Notes: generated from the sequence alone by a model not told the origin. Counted from the first letter of the stretch, positions 23,178 through 35,100 are shown. The stretch: DNA of 35,825 bases from Catajapyx aquilonaris (GCA_000934665.2 KZ538021.1:124001-159825), one strand, 5' to 3'. Program-made: numbers and translations.

Positions 23178-26100
23178 GTGAGTATATAGCACCAGAGAAA
23201 TATCAGCATCGGTATATGAAATATCAGCAAAATTGACATGAAAACCACTCAAACTACATTAGAGAGAAAGGATTTATGGTTGGCTGTCGGGAGTGCTGCA
23301 GTACTGCCATTTTTTTGAACTCGTTGAGGCGCATGTGCTGTTTTTTAAAAAAACTACTTTGGAGTTCAAATGTGCGTGCATACCATGCATTACCAGTGTT
23401 ATACCACTTTATTTTTTATTGACTTGTGCTGTACAGTGTGAATCCAGCGGGATACGACAACCATATATTGCACCAGGGTTGTGCATTTAAACTTGCTGCC
23501 TCAGCCCTCTCAGAGGAACGCAATTAACGACGAAAGTAGCAATTACTTGGCGAACAACGTTTTGTAACCACCCCCCACTTACACTCCAAATGTTATTTTA
23601 TGACAGTGCGAGGATTCCTCCTCCTCCTCCAGAAAAAAAGGGGTCGGTTCAAAGGTGACATTAGGTAAATTTTCCATATCCAGTCGACCTTTTCCCCCCA
23701 CCTGAGAACCAGAAAATGGATTTTCTTTTAGGCAGCTACGATCCAAATTGAATGAGGCGTGCTCCCAACAGATTTAACCTTTTCGTGAAGGTGCGATGGC
23801 AGCATTAATTTCAGTTGGAGGGATGGAAGTGCAGCAGGGGACTAAAGCACTATCCCTCCCACTCCTGATGGTACGAATAAGAGCCCCCCCTCTTTTATCC
23901 CCCCCCCCCCCTTGCTATATACTAGCCGAGGAGAAAACAAGCTCTCCAGGAAATGAAGCGGGTTGTTTCTCGTTTTCTCTCCCTCCATCCGCGTTATAGA
24001 GCCGGATGAAAAGCAAGCCCGATGAGAAATCCATCACCGGTTGGGATCTGACTTTCTCCTGCTGCTCATCTGGCTGGTATGCACCATCCTTAGTGCCAAG
24101 CCCACCTCTTTTCTTTTTTAATACATATTTTCTATCCGAAAAAAAAGAAGAGATCGGAGGGTGAGGCTGGTACTTTCCCCCGCATTGATGTTCTGTCATC
24201 CCGTATAAAGCGGTAATAAATTTTATCCGCAGGATTTCGCCAAGAAGCTTCCAGAAAAGCTGGACCAAGTGTGTGTGAAAAGGAGGTTGGAGTCGTGTCT
24301 TGGAATAATCAGGAGCCTAATATATTGGAGGATGTCTTTCCACAGGCTTTTTTTTCTGTCTGGGAGTTGGGGGCAGGGTGTTTCTTAAATGAAATCTGTA
24401 GGAATCTTCAGGTCGCCATCTTTGTTGTGTCAGGCTGCCATTTGCAAGTTTGACGTTGTCACGTATCGGGGCAAGGCGGTTGTGAGGTGTAGAAAGCGAG
24501 AAGTAGGCTCTCTGAGAGGGCTTCTAGATTTCCTTCTGGCTTCTCCCAAGCTGTGCTTCTCTCAAAGGCTTTGCACAGTCGGCTGAGCAGCGTCAGGGAG
24601 AAGAGAATGAGAAAAGGAGTCGTTGTAGGATTCTTAGTCCTTCCCCCCCCCCCCCCCCCNATTTCTAAAAGCAATCGGCGTTCGGATAAGGGCACAAAGA
24701 AAAGGTTTCGTAGGCGGCCCTACAAATGCTGGCCCCTTCTCAGGCCCCCCTATTTTTTTTTTTTTTAAATACCACTGGACGGTGCCTGTAAACACGTGGC
24801 TATTCATTGGGATGGTTTCGGTTAATTGGTGGCATATTTGTGGCGTTGATTAAATGCGTGCCTGTACCAACATGAGCGGAAAATAGGTGCGGGGATGTGG
24901 AAAATGCTGCGTTGATGAGGTGCCACAATTTCACGTGTGCGGGTCAAGATGTCACATTCTGGGAGCATAAACATGTAGGATGAAAGTTTATAAGTCATAC
25001 CCTGAGCTTTTGGTTGGACTAATTCCGTATGTGCATGTCTTGCATTAAGCGAAACCTTAATATGCATTACAGACACCGAAGCTTTTTTGAATTTTTTTTT
25101 GCGTACATCACTTTACAGTTGAATTTCCCCCCGCTCAGTCGATATGTTCGTTACAGCACCCACATGCATAAGGTTCTAATACGATGTAAGCGCACGGAAA
25201 GTGACGTCCTGAGCGAAAGATATGTTTGACGGGCTTAAAGTCCCGCGAGCTTCCGCAATTCGCGAACTCGATTAAGGGATTCAGCTCAAAAGAGCAAATA
25301 ATGTCAACCTCCACTGGTTTCCCCCCAAAAAAATACTTTCCCCTAGAGGAGAGAAGTGAGACTGCGACCTATCCCTTATTAGCTGTGTAATTCGGCTCGC
25401 ACTGTGCTGTGGATTTGGATAACATTTTTCTGCAGGTCGCCATGACTACTGCGGAGAGGTAGAACCCCCGTTATCCCTCAGGAGATACGAGGCTTTTGTG
25501 GGAGGTAGGGGATGCGTGGGAGGTGTGGGGGTGATTTTTGCAATAGGACAGGTCCTGGGCCGTTGCGCCAAAAGCCATTGTCACGTGTCATTGTCAGGTC
25601 TACTATTGACCCTCCTCCTCCTCCCACATCCAAATTCCCCCCCCTCCCCACTCCCCAAAACCGATCTCCCCGGAGAAATGGTCCCCTTTGACCAGCACAA
25701 CATGATAAAATGTCCGGCTGGGGGTGAATAGGAATGATGCATGGGAAAATGCTGTATACCTTGAGGCCGGTTTTTTTTATTATGGAGAAGCGATCGGTTG
25801 TGAAATTTTTTTCTCTCTCAACTCCCTCGAGCTACTTATATCGCTCTCCAAGGACCGGCCAGAAAATGGCCCTTTAACCTGCCAAATTATAAATCTGCCT
25901 TAGAAAATTTTCCCCATTGTTTTTTTTTCCCTCCCTCTCGCTGGTTCCGGCCATATTTGAACTGTGGCACATTTGGAGAGCAAAAGCGACCCACGCTGTT
26001 AAATCGTGTAAGTGGATATCATTACCGCGCATTTTATTCCGGTGAGAACTGCGCATAGACCCTGTGCTGTATTGTGAGATCGAGTTATACCCACACTAAC

Positions 26101-28550
26101 CTGGCGGGAAACTTTTGAAACGACCCTATCCAATTGCCTCCAGGGAATCCGAGAGTACCCTATTCAAGCCTACGAATCAACGCTCGCGCAATGCTTGACC
26201 TCCGTACTTTACTCTCTTTTTTTAAAAAATCCAGCCCTTTTTTCCTCCCCTTCCCAGCAGCAATCCTCCGTTGTTTTTTTTTCTCCAGTCATAACGAGCT
26301 GGCCTTATAGCAGCGGGAATATTCCTCGGAGGAAACGGCACCAGTCGTTACGAAATGAAAATTACACCACTCCTCTGTATCGCGATATGAAGCCGTGGGG
26401 GATTTCCTAATGTTTACCCCAGCCTCCCATTTTCTTGGGAGGTCGGCCATTAGCGGCAGAGACTCTTGGGGGNGGGGGGGGAGATGACCCACGGGTCTGT
26501 TTGGAAGAGTGGGAAAGAAGAAGAAAAAAAATGTTTTTGCATTCATCATTTGCAGGCAAATTCGGCAGCCATCTTGGCACGAGTGTCATTGCGCGCAATA
26601 AAACTGCAGTGCTTTTTATTGATTTCATTTGCAACTAGGTACATTAATGTTTGCGAGAAAAAAATAGGTGGGGTTGTCGGAACCTACACAGGGAAAGTGA
26701 GGTGCTGTCATCAACAGGTTCCTCGTTGTGGAAGGGGAGAGGCTTTAGTGTCCGTACATTCACTTTGTGTGAGCTAGGTGAATTAGAATCAAAGCTGGAG
26801 CTGGTTTTGGGAATGGCAGGGAGCGAGTAAATTGAGAAGCCATCATGGAAAGGGGGGCGAAGGGAAGCAAGCGGAATGTTTGTACACGTCTCGACGGGAT
26901 CTCCACAAAGATCGTGTGTATATCTTCGCTCCGATGGAGGTTTTGCAAGTTCTGCTAAACCACCCCATCTAGTATATACAGCAGCAGCGTCAAGAAGGGT
27001 CGTTGGGGTCTGAGTGACGTCCATGTCTGCATGGGATCTGCGGCTGCTTGAATACTCGTGTATACGGTCCAAATATACGCGTCTGTCTAGTGGGGGAAGG
27101 GTTTTCACTCGTGGACTCACGCCAGTGTACTCCTCGTTGCATAATTTAACTGTTCCCTGCAGGTACATGCTAAAGGACCGCTGAACTTTACTTTCGAGAA
27201 ATTGAGATGAGGGTGGGCCGTGGCACCTGGGATTTCCGCCTCGTTCATGTCGTTCTAGATATTTTAAAAGCCCGTGGAAAAAGGGCGCGCAGGACTTCAT
27301 TCGTCGCGACGTTTTCCTTTTAAAGGGTTAGGCGGTGATGAAAACTAGAGAGACGCCTGTTAAAAATACTCGCAAAGCAAAGTCAAAGTTCATTCTTACA
27401 TTTAAAATGAGTGCTCAGAAATGTCCGTGGTGGCTATAGTGATTTAATCGGTTTATTTTCAATCAGTTACTCTTAGTGGTTACCGAAGCTGCTAACATTA
27501 TATAGGTCGCATTGAATCATCTATTTACGAGTGGAAATGAGCATTGGGCGACTATATAGGGTGAGTAATCCATCTAGATTTATCCAGTTCATTGTTGGAT
27601 GTGTCAACTTAGGCAGTGTACCATGTAATTACAAATGCAACATAATTGCTAGTAATTATCAAATTCCTTCAACCGACAGACCACTATATCATCTCACATG
27701 ATATGAGCATACAACGTGGCATTTTGCAGGTCGCATTTATTGGTAATAAAAAATAGAACATAAATTATTCTCCTCTTTCAGTCTCTTATAAATGATGCCT
27801 TTTACCATTTGTTAGATACTGATCTGACGCAGTTGTTTGGCTAGTGTTAAATCCATACAAAATTAAGCTCGACTCCCGCTACCTTTCATACGCAGCAGGT
27901 TCATTACTTTCCCAGCCAATTCCTGCAATCGGATTTCTTTTTATTTTCATGCCCTTCCTTTTAAACTTTGATACTTCATTCTGCCAGCTGGATAAGAATT
28001 CTTTATTCAATTTTGCCAGTCCCAGATCCCTTCACTGATTTCTCTTCTAATTTTGCCTCCTAGATTTGAAATTAAATCATCCAATCTGTCAATTATATAT
28101 CATTTATACTTGGGGGACGGATCAACGATTCCTATAGTCATATTTTTGCTCTGTTGCACTGTATACATTGGTGTGCAGTTGGATTTACTGCAGTGTTTGC
28201 TGCGCATTCAGACTTCTTATTGCTTCCGTTATTTAATTCACTCTTAACTCATCGGTTGATTGGTCACACGGGAAGAGTTTATGAGCATGTTAGCCTTGCA
28301 CTGGGGGATTCCAATGGAAATTAACCGAGTTGAACCTCCCACGCAGCAAGCATGGGGAGTTCCGTCCGTCAGCACGCGATGTCTGTGGCAGCGTCTAATT
28401 ATGTAATGACGAAAGTGTGTTGTATCAATGCAATGAAACGGGAGTAACATCGCATTTACATTACTTCATCCCATCCAGCTCGGAGCTAAGCCTCCGGTAC
28501 AATCCAATTGCTATGCACATGGTCACACTGGACTTTTCGTGTCTCCTCAG
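23178..28550 (+). other. GT-AG intron, 5,373 bp, phase 1
   Basis: Runs GTGAGT...CCTCAG and splits the codon T|GT (Cys). Confidence 0.9.
26764..27156 (-). CDS. Putative exon of an unidentified nested antisense gene (inside ORF 26644-27300); function unknown
   Basis: It lies in the longest ORF of the window (218 aa) and is bounded by in-frame TACCTGCAG|GGA and AAA|GTGAAT (393 nt, phase 0/0). No recognised homology and no partner exons found. Confidence 0.22.
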
Positions 28551-28712
28551 GTCGCGCCGATCTGGATGACGCCTGGCGTCGTGCACAGCGTCTGTGGGCC
28601 GCCTGCTCTGCGCTTCTCCTGAAGCTGAAGACCGGAAAGACGGAGGGTTCTTGCTGGGAAGAGCAGCTGAAGCCCCTGAAGGCGGAGGTGGAGGCCGTCT
28701 TCGAAGCTGCAG
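28551..28712 (+). CDS. IMMT: Mic60 internal coding exon (RADLDDAWRRAQRLWAACSALLLKLKTGKTEGSCWEEQLKPLKAEVEAVFEAA)
   Basis: Acceptor CTTTTCGTGTCTCCTCAG|GT (phase 1) and donor GCAG|GTCAGA at 28713 (phase 1). AQRLW corresponds to the Mic60 AHQLW segment, and WEEQLKPL resembles arthropod orthologues as I recall them. Confidence 0.93.
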
Positions 28713-30739
28713 GTCAGATATACACGGAACTGCTCTCTTTTTCTCCTTCCAGCTCAGGATTTTCTTTTCCTTTTTTTTTCTTCTTCTTCCGTTCTTTTTG
28801 CTTTTTCTCTGGCCGACGCTTGGTACGGCTAATGGACAGGATAATGGCGGAGGGAAGTGGCTTATGAGTCTGTTCCGCCTCATTTATTTCGCGTTGTCCC
28901 GCGGTATCCTGCGGTCCGTTAGGAGGGGGGGCGAAATGCGAAGAGCAATGTGTTCATTTTTTGGGGGAGCCTGTCCGATGGGTGGATAATCGGAAACGTA
29001 TTCTTTGGCCATACGCCGGAAAAAATCGCATTTTTTTGTGGCTGTACATACAGCCTGCTGGATTAATGTGCCAATCATGATATAAGTTATACCATAATAC
29101 TGTCGAAATCTGTTAATGCATATGCAATTTAGGGATATGAATAGATATAATTCATATAACATGATCATGCAGCTGGCGTAATGTAATTTTAACGTTGGTA
29201 AATATTTTGTTGCCGTTTACAAATATATATAGTCTTGTCTGTACGAAAATTGCGTATATTACTGAAATTGCGCAAATGGCGCTAAGGCCGGATAACCACC
29301 GGAAAAAAAATTTGGCAGTACAATGGCTGCCTAGTCGTCAATAATGGTATTCATTAAGCGCGTATTTTACACCTAGTAAAAATTTTAAATAGGATGTGAG
29401 ATCACCAAATACTCATCGAAGGTTAATGAACATTACATCAGAATTTATCGCAGAATAGAATGGCTTATGGCACGGGCTACGCTTGTTACATGATCCATGC
29501 TGTATGAATAAGTTATTTTAATTGGAATAATACCCGTGTCGGATCTATTAGCGTAAAAGGCATCGAATTAACTAATGGACTGCACATTTAAACCACGGCC
29601 AATCGCGTCGGGGCATATGAGAATGCAGCTCACCATGTTTTGATAATTTTAGGGACTTTATTAATTTTTGTGCAAAATTTGGGGGAGTTTTTTGATCTTT
29701 ACTTCTTCCAGCAGCTTTTCTGAAATGGCCAGTTGAGTATGCAGTGTTACGTGCGATTCTTGTCCATTTTTTTCTGAGACGCGTCGGCCAAAATGTCCAG
29801 CAATGACAATCTCATGGTACACTACGCGCGGTATCTTAATTTACGAGGTAGACCGCTTTAATGCATCTGCGTAACTGAATGTGGATTATACTGCTTCTGG
29901 TGTGGAGGCTTGTAATCCACTAATCTACTCCATTACACTATGGTACGTAATAACCTGAAGACCACCCGAGACATATTTTCCAGATAAGGAAACCGGACTT
30001 ATGGAGTCCGTATTATCGCTATCAGCAGACAAAAAAAAGTGGGGTGGGTGTGGAAGAAAGCGCTTTTGTTAGTTTTTTTCCGTCATGGGATATTTCAACA
30101 GAAGTTTTCTCATTAGGGGCTTCCTAAACTTGGCTGTCTGACACATTTAACACCGGGGCGCTACATTTAGTGCAGAGTTGGGTGTTCAGAACTGTGGGGG
30201 GAGAAAAAGAGAAGGGTGTTGGGGAGGGAGAAATCTTTTGATGTATTGGAGGGGGGGCTATCGTTAGACCAAGTTTCTTTGTTGGATCTTATAGGCATCG
30301 ATTGGGAATGGCAGGCAGTGTTGTAAATCTGGCTCCAGCATTGTTGAGGTTCACACAGCCCTACACTTCCGAGCCATTTTCGGCGCTTTTGTGTGACGAC
30401 CGGGTACAGTAACAACATGTTGATACGTAATGAAGTCACCCGGTTCGAATTCAATATTGGGGGTTTTCGGATGTTGTGAAAGACGTGTAATAATGCAAAC
30501 GAGGGAGGGCAGATTTGCATTAAATTAACTATGAATGCTGGGGGGGTGTGAAATATCAAACAATGCCATTCTGGGGATTGGGAATGCAGGATTGTTGATA
30601 GGAATGCCAGCAATAGCAGGATGTTTTTTTGTGTGTAAAAGACATGCGCACATTTATAATAATGTGAGTTTACATTAGTTCTATTGAATGTTTTATAGTT
30701 TTTTTTATGTTGAACCTTGTGTCCAATTTTTTTTTCCAG
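28713..30739 (+). other. GT-AG intron, 2,027 bp, phase 1
   Basis: Runs GTCAGA...TTCCAG and splits the codon G|GA (Gly). Confidence 0.9.
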
Positions 30740-30843
30740 GACCGAGCAATACGTACGTCATGTCGGTGATGAACGGCATACCGTCCGACGCCACTCGTCG
30801 AGGCGTGTACCCTGAGGACGCCCTGAAAGAACGCTTCATCAAG
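30740..30843 (+). CDS. IMMT: Mic60 internal coding exon (GPSNTYVMSVMNGIPSDATRRGVYPEDALKERFIK); absent from the ORF track
   Basis: Acceptor TTTTTTTTTCCAG|GA (phase 1) and donor AAG|GTGGGC at 30844 (phase 0). It carries the conserved IPxxxxxRGVYxExxLxxRF motif of Mic60. Confidence 0.95.
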
Positions 30844-31300
30844 GTGGGCATAGTTTTCCTCTCTTAGCACCTTTTAATTACAGTCTTCCGCCACGTGCCG
30901 CCAGATTTTTATTAAGAACGTAGCAAAAGTTTACCTGTGCGACCGCAAGAATAATCCTATAGAGAGAGAGACGCGAACACACACACAGAAAAAGTTTATT
31001 CCCAGCGAGGCGTGTTTAATACGTGCGAATAGTCTGGGTCTGCGGCCATTAGAGATAAAAGCACTGGGACCTGGAGCACCCAATAACGACCTGGACCAGA
31101 AAAAAAGGTCATAGGCCTTCTGAGAAGTGTATTTTCTTTAATTCCTCTTTCCATTTCTGCCAGCCCGTTTCGTGATTTACGACGTCTTTACCTTTCAAGC
31201 AGAGACGAATGCAGGAGTGATAAAATGTGTAGCAGTTTTTTTTAAAGTGCATCGAGGTTACCTGCACTGAATTAATGCCGTTTGTTAACATTTGGAATAG
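30844..31300 (+). other. GT-AG intron, 457 bp, phase 0
   Basis: Runs GTGGGC...GAATAG and joins RFIK|VDRI, matching the Mic60 RFxxVxKxARR segment. Confidence 0.92.
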
Positions 31301-31669
31301 GTGGACCGCATTTGTCGTCGACTGGCCCTGATCGACGATAGCGGAGGAAGTCTGATCCGCTTCTTCACGTCGTACATGCAGAGCTTCTTCTTCCTCAACG
31401 CCTTTGAGCGTCCTCCGCCGAATGAGATCCGGGACGAGCCTGTGCCCTTAGACGATCTGAACACCTACCAAGTACTGGATCGAGTCAGGTACAGCTTGGA
31501 CAAGGATGACCTGACCCAAGCAGTGCGGTACATGCATCTCCTGAAGGGTGCTCCGAAGGTGGCTGGTCGCGACTGGCTGGTCGAGGCGCGTCTGCTTCTG
31601 GAGACGCGTCAGGCTGCAGAGGCTCTGGTGGCCCACGCAGCGGCTGTTGGGGTGCAGGCAGCTTTGTAA
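31301..31669 (+). CDS. IMMT: Mic60 terminal coding exon, C-terminal mitofilin domain, ending in TAA
   Basis: Acceptor TTTGGAATAG|GTG (phase 0), then 122 codons: VDRICRRLALIDDSGGSLIRFFTSYMQSFFF...LDKDDLTQAVRYMHLLKGAPKVAGRDWLVEARLLLETRQAAEALVAHAAAVGVQAAL*. The GTG the track uses as a start is an internal Val. Confidence 0.97.
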   Translation: MDRICRRLALIDDSGGSLIRFFTSYMQSFFFLNAFERPPPNEIRDEPVPLDDLNTYQVLDRVRYSLDKDDLTQAVRYMHLLKGAPKVAGRDWLVEARLLLETRQAAEALVAHAAAVGVQAAL

Positions 31670-31819
31670 TTCATTTTTAGGTTCCTGGCAACAATGCAAA
31701 AAGAAATATAGGTCGCAGGGTCGTTTAGTGGTCAAACTGATGGCCGTGGTTTGGGTGCCCTAAATTTGTTGTATAGGTGTGTGTGTCTATGGAAAAAAAA
31801 TAGGCGCACACTGCTGGAA

Positions 31820-31825
31820 AATAAA
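31820..31825 (+). promoter_or_regulatory. Candidate polyadenylation signal AATAAA (proximal)
   Basis: AATAAA about 150 nt downstream of the Mic60 stop codon. Confidence 0.4.
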
Positions 31826-31916
31826 GGATCATCCTGCCATAGTCATGCGTAGTCATTCGGTGTCAATAACACCGGAATTGATTTGGAAACCCGTTTGTTT
31901 TTCTAACCGACTCATA

Positions 31917-31922
31917 AATAAA
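31917..31922 (+). promoter_or_regulatory. Candidate polyadenylation signal AATAAA (distal)
   Basis: AATAAA about 250 nt after the stop, followed by pyrimidine-rich and T/GT-rich sequence at about 31950-31996. Confidence 0.5.
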
Positions 31923-32124
31923 CCATGAGCTGGCAATAACATTGAACCTGCACTCTCTGTACCTCCTTTCCCTTCCATCCTTTTGCTTTGTGTGTCCCCT
32001 CCAACTGATTCAATTACTCCTTCGCTCCCAGTCCATTTTTGCCTTCAGAACTGCTTCCTCCTTCATAGGAGTTCTGTTTGTTTACCTTCATACCCAACCT
32101 CAACTAATTGTATTACACCTGAAC

Positions 32125-32146
32125 GTTGGTTGGTTGGTTGGTTGGT
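32125..32146. repeat. (GTTG)5 tetranucleotide microsatellite
   Basis: GTTGGTTGGTTGGTTGGTTGGT downstream of the gene. Confidence 0.85.
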
Positions 32147-35100
32147 AGCAGTCGAGAGGGAAAATGGAGTTTTGGAAACGGGAAGGAGGCCAACCCCTGG
32201 AAAAAAAAAGTTATCTTGAAGAGTCTTGTCAACGAACAGAAGATTTTAGTGGATTGGATTTTTTATTATTTTTAACTCCTGGTTAACAGTGATGATCCTG
32301 TCCAGTAATTAGGCTGCCTGGCTCTATTTTACTGTAACTTGTATACTTGCGAATCATTTCGGCAGGCATCAGTCAAGTGCATTTTCCTGCCACGATTTTA
32401 CTCTTTGGCGTCGTAATATGCGGCTGTCTGTTCAAGCGTTGGGTCTGCTGTCGGCTGTCGTGAAAAATTGTTCCTGGCACTTGACAGTTGGTACGGTCTG
32501 AAAACACCTGTTCCCTGCTCTGTTGTGTTTAACCTTGATTTTGTTCGCAGTTACACACTAGTCTTTGGAGCAGCTTCAACCTCTGTAATCGTCGTGTGGG
32601 TGAGTACCTGCCATATATTTTTTTTGCCCCATTTTCCTATTTACACTTAATGGTCAGGTTGCATGCGACCTTTCACGCCGGACCCATATAATACTTGATC
32701 CATTTCACTCTGCGCGAAGCTCCATGGATGTTTCATGTGGTGAATTGATATTTGCCCGAATTTATTTCAACCAGTAATGCCCTGCCTGTCAATAGATGAG
32801 AGTTCATGCTTTCCCGCATTCATTCACGTCCCGATATTTTTATACAGTCAGTTAATGGAGCTTTTTTTTTGTGCGATCATGATTGGGTTGTTGAACCGGA
32901 AAAATTGAATGCTCCTCATGTAACCTGTACTTAACGTCGACCATAACACTTGATATTTTCGACCAAAAATTTTTTACCTCAAAATATGAGATCCGGTTTA
33001 ATGACCTTAAAACATGACTTGCATGACTAATTGCGATATTTGCATTAAAAGTTGCGACTGATAATTGCACTTCCTCCCCATATTTAAATGCTGTAAAAAA
33101 CACATTAAAAAGCTCGAGTTAACAACTGAGATCCGGAGTGTGTGACAAAGCGTATGATTCGACATGTTCAATAAGGGCGTCCCCCACTTCTTGCTCACAA
33201 GTGGCGTCTAATTACGCAATAAAGCGCCTTGAGACCCCAGCCTGCTGGGAGCCTTCTCTCTTCAAAGGTCCGGTCTGGCTTTAATAATGCTAGTTTATTG
33301 TTGCGGGTTCCTACAGTCCGTGGGGGGCAAAGCCGCAAGTAGGTGGGGGAAATGAATGCCAGAAAAGATGCTGGATGGAAGGGGTGGGGACAAAGGCAAA
33401 AGGAGGGGCCAATGGTCCATTTGCTCTGCTCTTGTGCCAGCAGGGATGTACAAGGAATCACTTTGTCTTTGTGGATCGTTAATTGCTTCGCTTTGAAGAG
33501 GGGGAAAGGACGTGTCTTCAGGGGTGGAAGGAGGAAGGAAGAGGTGAAGTTGGAAGGCAAAGGGAAAAGGAGGTGGTGTTGAGGAGTGGGGGTCCTTCTT
33601 TTTCCCCCCCTCTTGCTGCCTACAGACATCAATACTGCACCAGGCACCTAGCATTTTCAATCAGGGTTGGTATGTCTAGGGGTTCTCCTCAAGCTCCTTG
33701 TGTTGGAATGACTCCTGAGATATTTAAAGGCCCCGATTGCTTACAGGTGGAGCCGCCATTCATTATGGAGCAAGGATTTACATCAACTAGGTCGGTAATT
33801 ACTTCACAACTTGTGTAATGCGTTGGAGCGCTTGGGGACAGGACTTGGGAATTCATTATGTGTACGCCAGGTTTAGACTGGAGGTTTTTTTTTGGGGGGN
33901 GGAAGGGAGGGGGAAATTACGTGGGAGGAATTGTTACATTTTAATGCTGGTGTCACCACTGAGTTTGTAAAACCGGCCTTTACCAGTTAGCACGTCACTA
34001 ATTAGCGGTTAAATCGGACCCATCAAGAAAGTGCTGTTAAGCTCCATATTATTACTGTAATTATGGCGCAATGCACCGATCTTGAAGCCTGCTGGCAACG
34101 ATGCATTATTTATGAAGTACCGGTAACGCACTTGTCAGCTATGAAATATCAATCATTTTTGGACCATTTTTTTTCTTCCAGCCTGATTGTACACATCATA
34201 ATTATGTAATGATATCTAAAAAAAATCATCATGATAATTAGTGCTGGAAAAAATAGTTTGTGGAACTATTCCCAGGTAATTGAGACATGAAATTGGCATA
34301 TGGCGTGGTTGGTCGGAATTGAAAGGACATTTTGCGACAGGGACATCCCTCTGATTGCTTTCTGGTCCGCAATTGTGCAAACTGCCCACGTGGGCCACGT
34401 ACACCGGAGGCTCCCCCCCTGCTGTGTGCTGGGGTGTAATACCAACCTTTGTTTGCTCTCTGTACAGCCTTCCCCTATTATTTTTTTTAAACTGTTGGGG
34501 TCGGTAGTGTCGGCCCTATTATTGCCTCCCGTCTCGCAGCAATGCACACTATGTGTAACTATAATTAACTGTCCATAAGCTAAATCTACCCACAGGCACC
34601 CCTTGGGTTGTGCTTTCCCCCAGTGGAGCATGGTGCTGGCCCGGAATTAAAATAATGTTCGACACATCTGTCGATTTGCGCTCGGTTTTTGGAAAAAAAA
34701 AAGAGAGAGGGGCGCCCCCTCCCATTTATTTCGAAACGCATTAAGCTAATGAAACGATTAATTTATGACGGATTAGCCAGTTTAGCCACAGCCTACTGAT
34801 CACGGGGGGAAAAAGGCAACTTAAATTCGCCAACCGCAGCCATTTTTCGGGATATGGCGCCTTCGAAAATTCCAGCCTTTTTTTCTGTCTAATTTGCGAA
34901 CTTTTTTTTTGTGTGTGAAGTGGTGAAGGATTCGAATGAATGGAAAATAGCACGTCCATTGGTCGGCCTGGGGGGGAACCTTGTTCTAACTTCCACTTTT
35001 ATTTACCGTGCTAATAAGCGCCTTTGCCAGCGGAGCAGATGAACTACTGGTGCGTGAATTGGACACCGCGAATCCCAAATGGGAGCCCTTCAATCTCCAT

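Larger units (their letters stand above)
950..31669 (+). other. IMMT: Mic60 / mitofilin gene, 3' part (5 coding exons, 4 complete introns; 5' exons outside the window)
   Basis: The spliced translation reads ...RLEAELDRLRRDLEQDHIRK|MVSQKEELENQLRHQLRHQAAAHADHLQDALRVQ...AQRLWAACSAL...RGVYPEDALKERFIK|VDRICRRLALID...DWLVEARLLLETRQAAEALVAHAAAVG. This is collinear with recalled Mic60 motifs (QLRRQAAAHxDHL, AHQLW, RGVYxEExLRxRF, DWLKEARxxLETKQ). All four introns are GT-AG with matching phases 0, 1, 1, 0. Recognised by eye; no database search was run. Confidence 0.96.

Noticed and set aside
23197..23229. 12-bp direct repeat GAAATATCAGCA at 21-bp spacing just inside an intron
   Set aside because: Two copies only, consistent with a local slippage duplication.
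25679..25696. TGGTCCCCTTTGACCAGC resembles mature miR-133
   Set aside because: It has internal and terminal mismatches. miR-133 is a 3' arm product, and the upstream sequence is C-rich and cannot form the complementary 5' arm.
28713..28867. In-frame read-through past the weak GTCAGA donor, giving a Phe-rich tail
   Set aside because: The tail is translated T/C low-complexity intron sequence. Nothing suggests a real isoform.
30442..30452. GGTTCGAATTC, Pol III B-box or tRNA T-loop-like
   Set aside because: No upstream A box and no cloverleaf, so it is not a supportable tRNA or SINE.
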